This document shows positions 29,982 through 40,615 of a stretch of 64,000 bases of DNA, piece after piece; within the stretch, counting starts at the first letter, position 1; each line of letters begins with the position of its first letter. Where the stretch lies: positions 2,203 through 66,202 of the forward strand of contig CAYQYW010000005.1 of NCBI GenBank assembly GCA_964421995.1, given 5' to 3'. The DNA is from an uncultured Candidatus Saccharibacteria bacterium. Its GTDB lineage: Bacteria > Patescibacteriota > Minisyncoccia > Phycocordibacterales > CAYQYW01. The notes beneath the pieces are model-generated. The model was not told the origin of the DNA and ran no database searches. It saw only the letters and a list, made by a program, of their open reading frames with translations. A program made the translations under genes and the position numbers.

Positions 29982-32297
29982 TTATTTGTCTAATAGATTT
30001 ACTGCGTCCTCTAGGGTAAACGTAGTAAGCTTAATTTCTTCACCAAGGTAAATGTTTCTTCTTCCTTTTTTAATAAATAACCCAGACTTATTTTCAAATA
30101 CATTGATCTGTTTTTTTTCATGTTTTCCTAACCTCATTGCAATTTTCGCACCGTGTGGGATTTTCTCTTCCGCAAGTAGTTCAACTGCACGTTCTAGTGT
30201 AATCTCGTACACATCATCCGGTGCTTTGATAGATCTAAATTCTCCGTCGTGAACAACGTATGGACCGAAGCGTCCAATACTTGCTTTTATTTCTTTATTT
30301 GTTTCAGGGTGCTTTCCTAGTGTTCGTGGAATGCTTAGATATTTAACTGCCATCGCTTCCGTAATGTTTTCCAGATCAACTTCCTTCGGAACACTTCCTC
30401 GCTTTGGCTTTGGGTTCTCTTTTGTTTTTTCTCCAAGTTGTACGTAGGGACCGAATCGTCCGTGGAGGAGGTAAATGTGGTCACCTGTTTCTGGGTCCTT
30501 TGCTATTGGTTCGTCTGGCTGTAACTCTAACCCTTCAATAGTTCGAGCGCCGTCGCAATCAGGGAAGGTAGAGCAACTTATAAACTTACCACCTCTTCCG
30601 AGCTTGATAATCATATTCTTACCACATTTAGGACAGGTAAACTCTTCTGGAGCGTCTCCCAGATTGGTGATTTTTTCAATGTCTTCCTTTGATTGCACTT
30701 GCTTGAGGAATGGTCCATAGAAGTCAGTTAAGGTTTTTTTGTATGTTCTCTTTCCTTCTGCAATCTCATCCAATTCCTCCTCCATTTCTGCGGTAAAATC
30801 ATCACTCACATATTTAGTAAAGTGTTCTTCGAGGAAGCTGCTTACTACATCTCCAGTGTCCGTTGGGATCAGTGTTTTTCCTTCTTTATCTACGTAGCCG
30901 CGTTCAATAATGGTACGCATGATTGAAGCGTAGGTTGAGGGACGTCCAATACCTCTTTTTTCAAGTTCCTTAATAAGGCTAGCTTCAGAGTATCTGTTTG
31001 GTGGTTGTGTTTGTTTTGCTTCCGAATTAATCTCTAGGAGTGTAAGTTCATCATTAATAGAAACGTTTGGTACCTCAGTATCTTCTCCTGAAGCAGCGGG
31101 ATCTGCTTTTAACCATCCTAGAAAGACCACCCGTGAACCATTTACCGCAAAGTCTGGAATCGTTCCATCTCCTACGGTCACGAGCAGTTTTGTCTTTTTT
31201 AGTTTTGCATCCGTCATTTGTGAAGCTACCGTTCGCGACCAGATTAGATTATAGAGTTGTTTCTGTTCGTTAGTTGTTCCCGCTACCTCCTTAGAACTAT
31301 TAGTTGGTCGTATTGCTTCGTGTGCTTCTTGTGCACCTTTACTCTTTTTTTTGAAGGTACGAAATTCTAAGTATTCCTTTCCATAGTTTTTTTCAACAAC
31401 GGTCTTTATCTGAACCAGTGCTTGACTTCCAAGCGTAGTACTATCGGTACGCATGTAGGTAATGTGTCCTGCTTCATATAGTTTCTGTGCAATACCCATG
31501 GTTTTACTTGGTGCAAATCCAAGTCGTGAACTTGCAGTTTGTTGAAGTGTTGACGTGATGAAGGGGGCTTTTGGAGTTCGCTTCATTTCAGATTCTTTTA
31601 TAGTACTCACTATCCACGAATTAGTCTTTCCGTACTCAAGGATTTTCTCTACTAATTTTTTGTCACGTGGTTCTTCTACGCAGCCAATTTGGAAATTTCC
31701 ATCTGCATTAGAAACATTCGCAATGATCGTCCAGTAGTCTTCTGGGACGAAGGCGCGTATCTCTCGCTCCTTTTCCATGATGATTCGAAGTGCTGGTGAT
31801 TGTACGCGACCGGCTGAAAGTCCATACCGAACCTTTTTCCAGATGAGTCCTGACAGATCGTATCCTACCAGCCTATCGAGTACTCGACGCGCCTCCTGGG
31901 CACTTTTTAGATTGTCGTCAATTTCACGCGGGTGGTTAATCGCTTCTTTGACCGCATCTTCGGTAATTTCATGGAAAACGATTCGTTTCGGGTTCTTGAG
32001 CTTCAGAATTTCCTTTAGATGCCATGCAATAGCTTCTCCCTCACGATCGGCATCCATTGCGAGGACTACCTCTTCTGATTTTTTCGCTAGTTTCGCTAGT
32101 TCATCAATAACATTCTCTTTTCCCTTTGAGATTTCATAGTGGGGGATAAATCCTCCAGGGATATCAATCGCTTTCTTATTACTCTTCGGGAGGTCACGAA
32201 CATGACCAACAGAAGCTTTCACGATATACCTATCGTCCAGATATTTTGATATGGTCTTCGCTTTCGCGGGAGATTCTACGATCAATAATTTACTCAT
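29982..32297 (-). CDS. topA: DNA topoisomerase I
   Basis: IVESPAKAK, DREGEAI, SAGRVQS, ITYMRTDS; one Zn ribbon plus GRFGPY repeats. Confidence 0.98.
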   Translation of the reverse strand: MSKLLIVESPAKAKTISKYLDDRYIVKASVGHVRDLPKSNKKAIDIPGGFIPHYEISKGKENVIDELAKLAKKSEEVVLAMDADREGEAIAWHLKEILKLKNPKRIVFHEITEDAVKEAINHPREIDDNLKSAQEARRVLDRLVGYDLSGLIWKKVRYGLSAGRVQSPALRIIMEKEREIRAFVPEDYWTIIANVSNADGNFQIGCVEEPRDKKLVEKILEYGKTNSWIVSTIKESEMKRTPKAPFITSTLQQTASSRLGFAPSKTMGIAQKLYEAGHITYMRTDSTTLGSQALVQIKTVVEKNYGKEYLEFRTFKKKSKGAQEAHEAIRPTNSSKEVAGTTNEQKQLYNLIWSRTVASQMTDAKLKKTKLLVTVGDGTIPDFAVNGSRVVFLGWLKADPAASGEDTEVPNVSINDELTLLEINSEAKQTQPPNRYSEASLIKELEKRGIGRPSTYASIMRTIIERGYVDKEGKTLIPTDTGDVVSSFLEEHFTKYVSDDFTAEMEEELDEIAEGKRTYKKTLTDFYGPFLKQVQSKEDIEKITNLGDAPEEFTCPKCGKNMIIKLGRGGKFISCSTFPDCDGARTIEGLELQPDEPIAKDPETGDHIYLLHGRFGPYVQLGEKTKENPKPKRGSVPKEVDLENITEAMAVKYLSIPRTLGKHPETNKEIKASIGRFGPYVVHDGEFRSIKAPDDVYEITLERAVELLAEEKIPHGAKIAMRLGKHEKKQINVFENKSGLFIKKGRRNIYLGEEIKLTTFTLEDAVNLLDK

Positions 32298-32613
32298 TCA
32301 CTACAATAAATACTTCAAAAACTAATTCTTGTCAAATTTCTTGCAGAATACTTCATTTTATTTTTGAATATTATATTTTTTTTAAAATTTTATATCAAAA
32401 TAATATTGAAAATACATGGTTATTCTCTGTACATTATTGACACCCATTTTTTTATAATTCGTTATATCTTATCCACCTCTCTAGATCAGAACTCGGCGCT
32501 ATACTAGACTTAACGAGGCAGTCCACTTGGTGAGGGACTGCCTTAAGTAACTCTCATGATGTCACCCTGACGCTTTATACTTTAGAAACCTTATCCGCAT
32601 AATATAGATACAT

Positions 32614-35406
32614 ATGCCTACCATAGAGAAAATTAAGAAACGGAACGGACAGATTGTTGATTTTTCTGTAGAAAAGATTACCAAAGCGATTGAGAATGCC
32701 TTTATTGATGAATTCCAAGACCCACGTACTACTGAAGCACACTCAATAACTGATCAGGTGGTTCGGAAGCTTGAGGAGGGTGAAAGCGTTCCTTCAGTTG
32801 AACTCATTCAAGATCTCGTAGAACAGGCACTTATGGAGCGTGGTTTCTATATCGTGGCAAAGAATTACATCATTTATCGTTACCAACACGAAAAAGTACG
32901 AGAAGAGAAGAAAGAAGAAATGCTACAGAAAATTGATAAGAATGTGCTCATGATTACGAAGAGTGATGGATCATGTGTTGCATTCAGTACCAACAAGATC
33001 AAAAAGACACTTGGATTTGCTGCTATTGGCTACGAAGCTGATATCGATCAAGATGCAATTGTTGCGCAGGTAAAAAATGAGGTGTATGAAGGAATGACCA
33101 CTCATGAAGTTTCTCAAATTCTCATTATGGTTGTGCGATCATTTATCGAACGAGACAGTGTATATACAAAAGTTGCTGCACAACTTTTGTTGTTCACGAT
33201 CTATGAAGAGGTTCTTGGAGAAGTTGACTATACAAAACTTGAGGAACTTCATGCAGAAGCGTTTATGAAGAATATTAAACAAGAAGTTGAGAACGGGAAA
33301 CTAGATAGTCGAATGCTGGAGTTTAATTTAGAAAAGTTAGGGAAAGCAATGAAGCTTTCGTTTGATAAGGAGTTCAAGTATCTAGGACTTCAAACGCTCT
33401 ATGATCGTTATTTCCTACGAAGAGATAAGTTGGTAGTGGAGACACCGCAGATGTTCTGGATGCGTATCGCAATGGGAACTGCACTTAAGGAAGTTGATAA
33501 GGAAAAGTGGGCGCTTGAGTTCTACAACATCATGGCGACCATGTTGTATACTCCATCAACACCAACACTCTTTCATGCAGGAACATCGAAGCCACAGCTT
33601 TCATCATGTTACTTGAGTACTGTTGGTGACTCACTTGATCAGATTTTTAAGAACTACTCAGACAGCGCACAGCTTTCAAAGTGGTCAGGAGGTCTTGGAA
33701 TTGATTGGACAAGCGTTCGCGCAACTGGGTCTAACATTAAAGGAACCGGAGTTGAGAGCCAGGGAGTGATTCCGTTCTTGAAGATTGCAAATGATGTAAC
33801 GGCAGCCATTAATCGCAGCGGACGACGACGTGGTGCAGCGTGTGTGTATCTTGAAACATGGCACTTTGATATTCTTGATTTTATTGAACTCAGGAAGAAT
33901 ACCGGAGACGAGAGAAGAAGGACACATGATCTGAACACGGCGAACTGGATTCCTGATCTATTCATGAAGCGTGTTGAGGAAGGAGGGAATTGGACACTTT
34001 TTAGTCCAAGTGATGTTCCTGAACTCCATGAGATATATGGAAGGGAATTTGAAAAAAAGTATGAAGAATACGAGGCGATGGCGGAACGAGGGGAGTTAAA
34101 GAGTGATACAAAGAAGATAAAGGCGGAAGAGCTTTGGAGGAAGATGATGGCAATGTTGTTTGAAACAGGCCATGCATGGATTACCTTTAAGGATCCATCA
34201 AATATTCGGTCCCCTCAAGACCATGCTGGTGTAGTACATAGCTCAAATCTTTGTACAGAGATTACCCTTAACACCTCAAGAAACGAAACTGCGGTATGTA
34301 ACCTTGGATCATTGAATCTTGCGAAGTTTGTAAAAAACGGTGTCTTTGATAAAGGATTGGCAGCAGAGGTGGTGCCAACTGCAATGCGTATGCTCGATAA
34401 TGTGATTAATCTAAACTTTTATCCTACCAAGGATGCAAAGCGATCAAACATGAAGCACCGACCAGTAGGGCTCGGAGTCCGAGGACTACAAGACGCTCTC
34501 TATCAACTTGGCATTAACTTTGATTCTGATGCAGCAGTACAATTTTCCGATGAGAGTACTGAAGTGATTGCTTACTATGCAATTCTTGCGTCTAGTCTTC
34601 TTTCAAAAGAACGAGGAGCGTATGAAAGTTTTAAGGGAAGCAAGTGGGATCGAGGTATTTTACCACAAGACACCTTAGCACTGCTTGAAGCAGAACGAGG
34701 TATGACAATTGATGTACCACGAAATGAACGAATGGATTGGAGTGTGGTGCGTGACTCAATCAAAGAACACGGCATGCGAAACTCAAACACCATGGCAATT
34801 GCACCTACCGCAACTACCGCAAACATCGTGGGCTGTTTTCCAACAGTTGAACCGATTTACAAAAATCTTTACGTGAAGAGTAATCAAGCAGGTGATTTTA
34901 TTGTAACGAACGACTATCTCATCAATGATCTAAAAAAGCTAAACCTTTGGAATAAAAAGATGCTTGACCAGATTAAATTTCATGATGGAAAACTACATAC
35001 TATCGCTAGTATTCCTCAGGAAATGAAGGATAGGTATAAGGAAGTGTTTGAGATTGAACCAATGTGGTTGGTAAAAGCAGCAGCGTATCGCGGACGATGG
35101 ATTGACCAGAGTCAGTCACTCAATATCTACTTCAATGGAACATCAGGAAAGGTTTTAACCGAAGTGTACTTCTACGCATGGAAGATGGGATTGAAGACGA
35201 CGTACTATTTGCGCAGTGAGGCAGCAACACAAGTTGAGAAGTCTACCGTGAATGCAGCAGAATACGGATCAACACATACACGAAATGAATTTAGTAATAC
35301 GGTTGGAGTTCCTGCAACTGTGGGCGAAGTGACTCCACCAGTTCCTGCACCAGTTGTTGTTTCTCGAGAATCAGATGGAGGAGTTTGTGAATCATGCGAA
35401 GCGTAA
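32614..35406 (+). CDS. nrdA: Ribonucleotide reductase class Ia alpha with two ATP-cone-like domains
   Basis: PQLSSCY, SSNLCTEI, VCNLGS, KTTYYLR, C-terminal CESC. Confidence 0.96.
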   Translation: MPTIEKIKKRNGQIVDFSVEKITKAIENAFIDEFQDPRTTEAHSITDQVVRKLEEGESVPSVELIQDLVEQALMERGFYIVAKNYIIYRYQHEKVREEKKEEMLQKIDKNVLMITKSDGSCVAFSTNKIKKTLGFAAIGYEADIDQDAIVAQVKNEVYEGMTTHEVSQILIMVVRSFIERDSVYTKVAAQLLLFTIYEEVLGEVDYTKLEELHAEAFMKNIKQEVENGKLDSRMLEFNLEKLGKAMKLSFDKEFKYLGLQTLYDRYFLRRDKLVVETPQMFWMRIAMGTALKEVDKEKWALEFYNIMATMLYTPSTPTLFHAGTSKPQLSSCYLSTVGDSLDQIFKNYSDSAQLSKWSGGLGIDWTSVRATGSNIKGTGVESQGVIPFLKIANDVTAAINRSGRRRGAACVYLETWHFDILDFIELRKNTGDERRRTHDLNTANWIPDLFMKRVEEGGNWTLFSPSDVPELHEIYGREFEKKYEEYEAMAERGELKSDTKKIKAEELWRKMMAMLFETGHAWITFKDPSNIRSPQDHAGVVHSSNLCTEITLNTSRNETAVCNLGSLNLAKFVKNGVFDKGLAAEVVPTAMRMLDNVINLNFYPTKDAKRSNMKHRPVGLGVRGLQDALYQLGINFDSDAAVQFSDESTEVIAYYAILASSLLSKERGAYESFKGSKWDRGILPQDTLALLEAERGMTIDVPRNERMDWSVVRDSIKEHGMRNSNTMAIAPTATTANIVGCFPTVEPIYKNLYVKSNQAGDFIVTNDYLINDLKKLNLWNKKMLDQIKFHDGKLHTIASIPQEMKDRYKEVFEIEPMWLVKAAAYRGRWIDQSQSLNIYFNGTSGKVLTEVYFYAWKMGLKTTYYLRSEAATQVEKSTVNAAEYGSTHTRNEFSNTVGVPATVGEVTPPVPAPVVVSRESDGGVCESCEA

Positions 35407-35407
35407 T

Positions 35408-36445
35408 ATGTCATCAATTAAAAAAACAACAGAACGAACTAATGTTAATAATCGAAGGATTATTAACGGAAAAGATGCAGATGTAATTCAGCTCTATCCA
35501 ATACGACATACCTTTGCGTGGGACGCGTACTTGGCTGCCAACGCAAATCACTGGCTGCCAACGGAAATAAATATGCAGAAGGATGTTGAGCAATGGAGAT
35601 CTTCTTCAGTGCTTACCGATGACGAGCGACAAGCATTTGAGACCGTGTTGGGATTTTTCTCGACAGCTGACTCTATTGCAGCAAATAATGTGGTAATGGC
35701 CACCTACCCCCATATTACGTCTCCTGAGTGTCGTATGTACCTCCTTCGACAGGCATATGAGGAGGCAATTCATACCCATGCATATCAACACATTGTAGAG
35801 ACGCTTTCATTAGACGAAGGAAAGATCTTTAACATGTATCGAGAAGTTGAAGCAATTTATGCAAAGGATGATTTTGCACTTACCTTTAATGAAGGTATCT
35901 TTAATCCTGCTTTCAAAACAGGAACTTTCGATGCTGACCAATTATTCCTTGAAAACATGTGTGTTTTTTCACTTGTCCTCGAGGGAATCTATTTCTATAC
36001 TTCATTTGCCGTAGTCTTTGGATTTCAACGACAGAATAAGATGGTTGGTTCTGCTGAACAGATTCAGTACATCATGCGGGATGAATCAATGCATCTTAAC
36101 TTTGGCATTGATATCATTAATACGATTAAAGACGAGCAGCCTGAACTATGGACACCAGGATTCCAGGAACGAATTATTACGCTGGTGAAGAAGGCAACTG
36201 AACTTGAATATACGTACGCGAGGGAAGTATTCCCTCGAGGAATTTTCGGCATGAATGCGGATGGATTCAAGCAGTACATTGAAAATATTGCAGACAGACG
36301 TTTGAACCGAGTAGGACTTCCTTCTCAGTTTAATGTAGAAAACCCATTTCCATGGATGTCTGAGGCAATTGATCTTTCAAAGGAGAAGAACTTCTTTGAA
36401 ACAAGAGTTACTGAGTACAAGATAGGAGGTACGCTTGATTGGTAG
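35408..36445 (+). CDS. nrdB: Ribonucleotide reductase class Ia beta
   Basis: TADSI, EEAIHTHAY (radical Tyr present), LEGIYFY, RDESMH, NFFETRVTEY. Confidence 0.96.
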   Translation: MSSIKKTTERTNVNNRRIINGKDADVIQLYPIRHTFAWDAYLAANANHWLPTEINMQKDVEQWRSSSVLTDDERQAFETVLGFFSTADSIAANNVVMATYPHITSPECRMYLLRQAYEEAIHTHAYQHIVETLSLDEGKIFNMYREVEAIYAKDDFALTFNEGIFNPAFKTGTFDADQLFLENMCVFSLVLEGIYFYTSFAVVFGFQRQNKMVGSAEQIQYIMRDESMHLNFGIDIINTIKDEQPELWTPGFQERIITLVKKATELEYTYAREVFPRGIFGMNADGFKQYIENIADRRLNRVGLPSQFNVENPFPWMSEAIDLSKEKNFFETRVTEYKIGGTLDW

Positions 36446-36446
36446 T

Positions 36447-36626
36447 ATGCCTAAAAGTATTGAATCATCAGGTGATGAAATACGAGAGAAGAAGCGTGTT
36501 GAACGTATTCGTGAACTTGACGCTCTTTCTTACAAAATTTTGCGTACCGGAAAAAACAAAACTGAGCGTGAAAATATCTGGGAAAAAATAAAAGACTTTA
36601 GAGATCAAGTTGATAAGCTTGTGTAG
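36447..36626 (+). CDS. Small hypothetical protein
   Basis: Starts 1 nt after nrdB stop; charged helical sequence. Confidence 0.5.
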   Translation: MPKSIESSGDEIREKKRVERIRELDALSYKILRTGKNKTERENIWEKIKDFRDQVDKLV

Positions 36627-36631
36627 TGTTG

Positions 36632-37480
36632 TTATACCCGCTTCATCTTTCCAAGTCTCTCCTGAATTAATCCTTTAATACTCATTGTGTGAAGCATTAT
36701 TTTCGCTTCTCTCTCTGACATATCCATTTGATTGATGAGTCCTTCTTTTGACATAGGTTCTCGCAATAGCCAGAGAACCTTTTTTTCTTTTTCAGTAGGT
36801 ATGGGGAGTTCGTGTTGAATGGTTCCAAGGTGTAGTGCTTCAATAATATCCTCACTTTTGGTAATGGGTGTAGCACCAAGTCGTATTAACATGTGTGGTC
36901 CGTAGGAGGTTGTATGGAAAATTGAACCAGGAATCGTTAGTACATCTCTGTTATAATCCAGCGCGAGTCGTGAGGTAATGAGTGTCCCCGATTTGTTCGT
37001 TGCTTCGACTACGAGTGTTGCATGACTCATTCCTGCCATGATTCTATTTCTTTCTGCAAAACTTCTCGGCATCGCTCGAAACTCAGGATCAAACTCAGAA
37101 AGCAGTGCGCCTCCTGACTCCATAATCATGTGTGCGAGTGGCTGATTTGTTTTTGGATACAGTACAGAGTCATCGAGCCCTGAACCTGGAACGGCTACCG
37201 TGTGAAGTCCTGCGGCTAATGCTGAACGGTGTGCAATTGCATCAATACCGAGCGCAAGTCCGGAGACGATTGAAATGTTGTGTCCTTTGAGCCCTGAAAG
37301 CAGTTTTTCACAACAATATTGCCCGTATGCTGAATATTTCCGAGAACCCACCACACAAAGTAATTTAGTAGTTAAACTCGGGAGCTCTCCTCGGACAAAG
37401 AGTTGTTTGGGTGGATCGGGGATCTCCTTCAGCAATTCTGGGAAGGAGTTTTCCGAAAGTTGTCTGATTGCACGTGTCAT
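36632..37480 (-). CDS. dprA: DNA-processing protein DprA
   Basis: VVGSRK, IVSGLALGID, RNRIMAG, SGTLIT. Confidence 0.96.
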   Translation of the reverse strand: MTRAIRQLSENSFPELLKEIPDPPKQLFVRGELPSLTTKLLCVVGSRKYSAYGQYCCEKLLSGLKGHNISIVSGLALGIDAIAHRSALAAGLHTVAVPGSGLDDSVLYPKTNQPLAHMIMESGGALLSEFDPEFRAMPRSFAERNRIMAGMSHATLVVEATNKSGTLITSRLALDYNRDVLTIPGSIFHTTSYGPHMLIRLGATPITKSEDIIEALHLGTIQHELPIPTEKEKKVLWLLREPMSKEGLINQMDMSEREAKIMLHTMSIKGLIQERLGKMKRV

Positions 37481-37524
37481 TGTACTATAATAATATTGTA
37501 TATTAGAATAGTGTCTATAAAGTT

Positions 37525-38790
37525 ATGCTAGATATTAAATTTATTCGAGAAAACCTAGATTTAGTCAAAGAGGGGGCTAACAAGAAGTACATTAATGTTG
37601 ATATTGATGGACTGTTAGTAGTGGATGATGAGCGGAAAAAATTGATTGGGTCGCTTGAAGCAAAGCGGGCAGAGCAGAATTCTTTTACTGCAAAAATTGC
37701 ACAGGAGCAGGATCCCGAAATAAAGAAGAAAATGATTGAACAGATGCGGACTCTAAAGGATGGAATGCAGGAAGAAGAGGAAAAATTAAAGGAAGTGATG
37801 CGAGAGTGGCAAACACTCATGATTCAAGTTCCTAATGTTCCTGACATGACAGTTCCTGAGGGAAAGGATGATGCTGATAATCAGCAAATTCGAGTTTGGG
37901 GAGACAAATCAGAATTTCCATTTGAACCAAAAGGTCATATTGAGCTCATGGAAAAGCATGACATGCTAGATCTTGAACGAGGCATCAAGGTTTCAGGATT
38001 TAGAGGATATTTCTTGAAAAATGACGGTGTACTCTTGAACTTTGCACTATGGCAATTTGCTGTTGAACACTTTACGAAACATGATTTTACTCCACTTCTA
38101 GCACCTTCACTGGTTCGAAGAGAGACACTTCTTGGTACGGGATATCTTCCTCAGGGAGAAGATGATCTATATAAGACACAAGATGATGAGTATCTAGCGG
38201 GGACTTCAGAAGTTGCAGTGATGAATTACTATTCTGGAGAAGTGTTGAACAAGAAAGACTTGCCAATAAAATTTTTTGCTTTTTCTCCATGCTTCCGAAG
38301 AGAAGCGGGAAGTCATGGAAAAGATACAAAAGGGATTATGCGAGTGCATGAGTTCTTTAAATTTGAGCAGGTGGTGCTTTGTGAGGCAAGTCATGAAGCG
38401 TCAGTAGCGCTTCATGAAGAGATCAATAGTAATACTGAAGCATTACTGCAGAAGTTAGGAATTCCATATCAAGTCGTGGTAAATTGCGGAGGAGATTTAG
38501 GACTTGGACAAGTAAAGAAATATGACATTGAGCTATGGGTTCCTTCAGAAAAAAACTATAGAGAAATTAGTTCAGCTTCTTACTTCCATGATTTTCAATC
38601 AAGAAGACTTAATATTCGGTATAAAGATACGGATGGCAAATTAAAGTTTGTTCATTCATTAAACGCAACAGCACTTCCGACACCGCGGTCACTCATTGCG
38701 GTAATTGAAAACAATCAACAAGCAGATGGAACCATTAAAGTACCAGAAGTACTACAAAAATACATGGGTAAGGAGGTGATTGGTAGATAG
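37525..38790 (+). CDS. serS: Seryl-tRNA synthetase
   Basis: MLDIKFIREN, GTSEV, CFRREAG, EISSAS, HSLNAT. Confidence 0.98.
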   Translation: MLDIKFIRENLDLVKEGANKKYINVDIDGLLVVDDERKKLIGSLEAKRAEQNSFTAKIAQEQDPEIKKKMIEQMRTLKDGMQEEEEKLKEVMREWQTLMIQVPNVPDMTVPEGKDDADNQQIRVWGDKSEFPFEPKGHIELMEKHDMLDLERGIKVSGFRGYFLKNDGVLLNFALWQFAVEHFTKHDFTPLLAPSLVRRETLLGTGYLPQGEDDLYKTQDDEYLAGTSEVAVMNYYSGEVLNKKDLPIKFFAFSPCFRREAGSHGKDTKGIMRVHEFFKFEQVVLCEASHEASVALHEEINSNTEALLQKLGIPYQVVVNCGGDLGLGQVKKYDIELWVPSEKNYREISSASYFHDFQSRRLNIRYKDTDGKLKFVHSLNATALPTPRSLIAVIENNQQADGTIKVPEVLQKYMGKEVIGR

Positions 38791-38791
38791 T

Positions 38792-39568
38792 ATGAAGAGA
38801 GGGCTTCGATCTAGAGCACTCGTGCAAAAAAAACGTAAGATTCTATTACAGAAATTTACGGCTCTTTCTTTTATTATTGTTTTTATTTTGAGCTCGTACT
38901 CCGTTTTGTCTCAACTTAAGAGTATCACCATTTCAACAATTGAGGTGCAGGGGAATAACGTAGTATCAGTTCAGGAGCTCACCACAATTGCAGAGAATGA
39001 GTTAGCGGGAAATTATTGGTATTTATTTTCTAAATCAAACATAGCACTGTATTCAGAAAAGAACATCACTGCTTCTGTGTATGATTTGTACAAGAGGATA
39101 AAAAAGATTGATGTGGGAAGGAGAAACCTACAGACTATCTATATGAGAGTTGAGGAGCGGGAGCCATACGCACTATGGTGTACGGATGTTTGTTACTTCT
39201 TAGATGATCGAGGGTACATTTTTGCAGAAGCTCCTGAGTTTACCAGCATGGTGTACTTTACGTATGAAATTCCGCTATCGTCTGACCCCATTGGAACACA
39301 ATTATTTACAGAAAAAGAATTTAGTGAAATAGAGTTGTTATTAAAATCACTTAGAGATTTAGGATTAGTTCCGATAAAGATTTCATTAATTGACGAAATT
39401 GATTTTGAGGTTCAGTTGAAAGATGAAAGCGCCATTATGTTTAGTAGGAATCAAGATTTTGCTGAGGTGTTTGATAATCTTGAATCGGTATACAATGAAA
39501 TTGATGGACTACTAGAATATATTGATTTTAGGTTTGGTAGCAAAGTATATTACCGATATGTGGAATAA
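38792..39568 (+). CDS. FtsQ/DivIB-like protein (TM + POTRA)
   Basis: Basic N-terminus, TM, IEVQGN, VEEREP, YIDFRFGSKVY. Confidence 0.75.
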   Translation: MKRGLRSRALVQKKRKILLQKFTALSFIIVFILSSYSVLSQLKSITISTIEVQGNNVVSVQELTTIAENELAGNYWYLFSKSNIALYSEKNITASVYDLYKRIKKIDVGRRNLQTIYMRVEEREPYALWCTDVCYFLDDRGYIFAEAPEFTSMVYFTYEIPLSSDPIGTQLFTEKEFSEIELLLKSLRDLGLVPIKISLIDEIDFEVQLKDESAIMFSRNQDFAEVFDNLESVYNEIDGLLEYIDFRFGSKVYYRYVE

Positions 39569-39610
39569 TTTAAAAAAGCCGTTTTTTGTGATGGCGCCGA
39601 TGGCAGATGT
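39522..39610 (+). repeat. 89-bp inverted repeat, copy 1 (ftsQ end/dus start)
   Basis: Exact reverse complement of 42766-42854. Confidence 0.95.
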
Positions 39611-40499
39611 AACTGACGCTGCATTTAGGCAGATTATCAATACGTACGGAAAGCCAGATGTTTTCTATACCGAGTTTGTCTCAGCGGACGGACTTTTCCT
39701 CGGTGGCTATGACGCCTTAATTAAAGATCTTTCATTCACTGAAGCTGAACGACCGATTGTTGCACAATTTTTTACCTCAAAGCCTGAATTAATGGAGAAG
39801 GCTGCAACGTTAGCAAAGGAATTAGGGTTTGATGGAGTTGATATAAATATGGGGTGCCCTGATAAATCAATTGAGAAACAAGGAGCTGGTGCATCACTTA
39901 TGAAAAATCCCGCTTTAGCTCAAAAGTTACTGTATGCTGCCAAGAAAGGAGGGCTTCCTGTGTCGGTCAAAATTCGTATTGGATATAATACAAATGAGTT
40001 GCATACCTGGCTTCCTACTATATTAGAAACAGAACCAGAAGCAGTGATTGTACATGCCCGCACTAGAAAGGAAATGTCAAACGTTCCCGCAGACTGGACC
40101 CAAATTAAAAGAGCAGTGGAACTACGAGACGAATGTAATTCTAAATCACTCATTGTTGGAAATGGAGATGTTCTGTCAGTAGAAGATGGTAGACAGAAAA
40201 TAAAAGAAACAGGATGTGATGGAGTGATGATTGGCCGGGGCATATTTGGCAATCCATGGTTGTTCTCTGAAAAGCATGTTTCGATTAAAGAAAAACTAAG
40301 CGTGATGGTGGAACATACCAAATTGTTTGAAGAACTACTTGGAGATGTAAAGAATTTTGCAATCATGAAAAAACATTATAAAGCATACGTTTCTGACTTT
40401 GCTGGAGCAAAAGAACTGCGAATAGAACTAATGAAAGCAAAGAGTGCTGAGGAGGTAGGAGTACGTGTGAATAACTTTATTGAACAGAATCTCGTTTGA
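39558..40499 (+). CDS. tRNA-dihydrouridine synthase (DusB/C-like)
   Basis: MAPMADVT, DINMGCP, VSVKIR, VHART, GNGD, MIGRG. Confidence 0.95.
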   Translation: MWNNLKKPFFVMAPMADVTDAAFRQIINTYGKPDVFYTEFVSADGLFLGGYDALIKDLSFTEAERPIVAQFFTSKPELMEKAATLAKELGFDGVDINMGCPDKSIEKQGAGASLMKNPALAQKLLYAAKKGGLPVSVKIRIGYNTNELHTWLPTILETEPEAVIVHARTRKEMSNVPADWTQIKRAVELRDECNSKSLIVGNGDVLSVEDGRQKIKETGCDGVMIGRGIFGNPWLFSEKHVSIKEKLSVMVEHTKLFEELLGDVKNFAIMKKHYKAYVSDFAGAKELRIELMKAKSAEEVGVRVNNFIEQNLV

Positions 40500-40517
40500 T
40501 GTAGAATAGGAAAGATT

Positions 40518-40596
40518 ATGAATATAGGCAAGCAAAAAACTAAACGCAACTCTATATCATTATTTTGTATTTAAACCCTCCGTTGGAGGGTTTTTT
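40518..40596 (+). promoter_or_regulatory. Putative leader-peptide attenuator (18-aa uORF plus terminator)
   Basis: AGGAAAG then MNIGKQKTKRNSISLFCI*, overlapping aaaccctc-cgttg-gagggtttttt. Confidence 0.5.
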
Positions 40597-40615
40597 ATTA
40601 GCTAACTAAATAACT

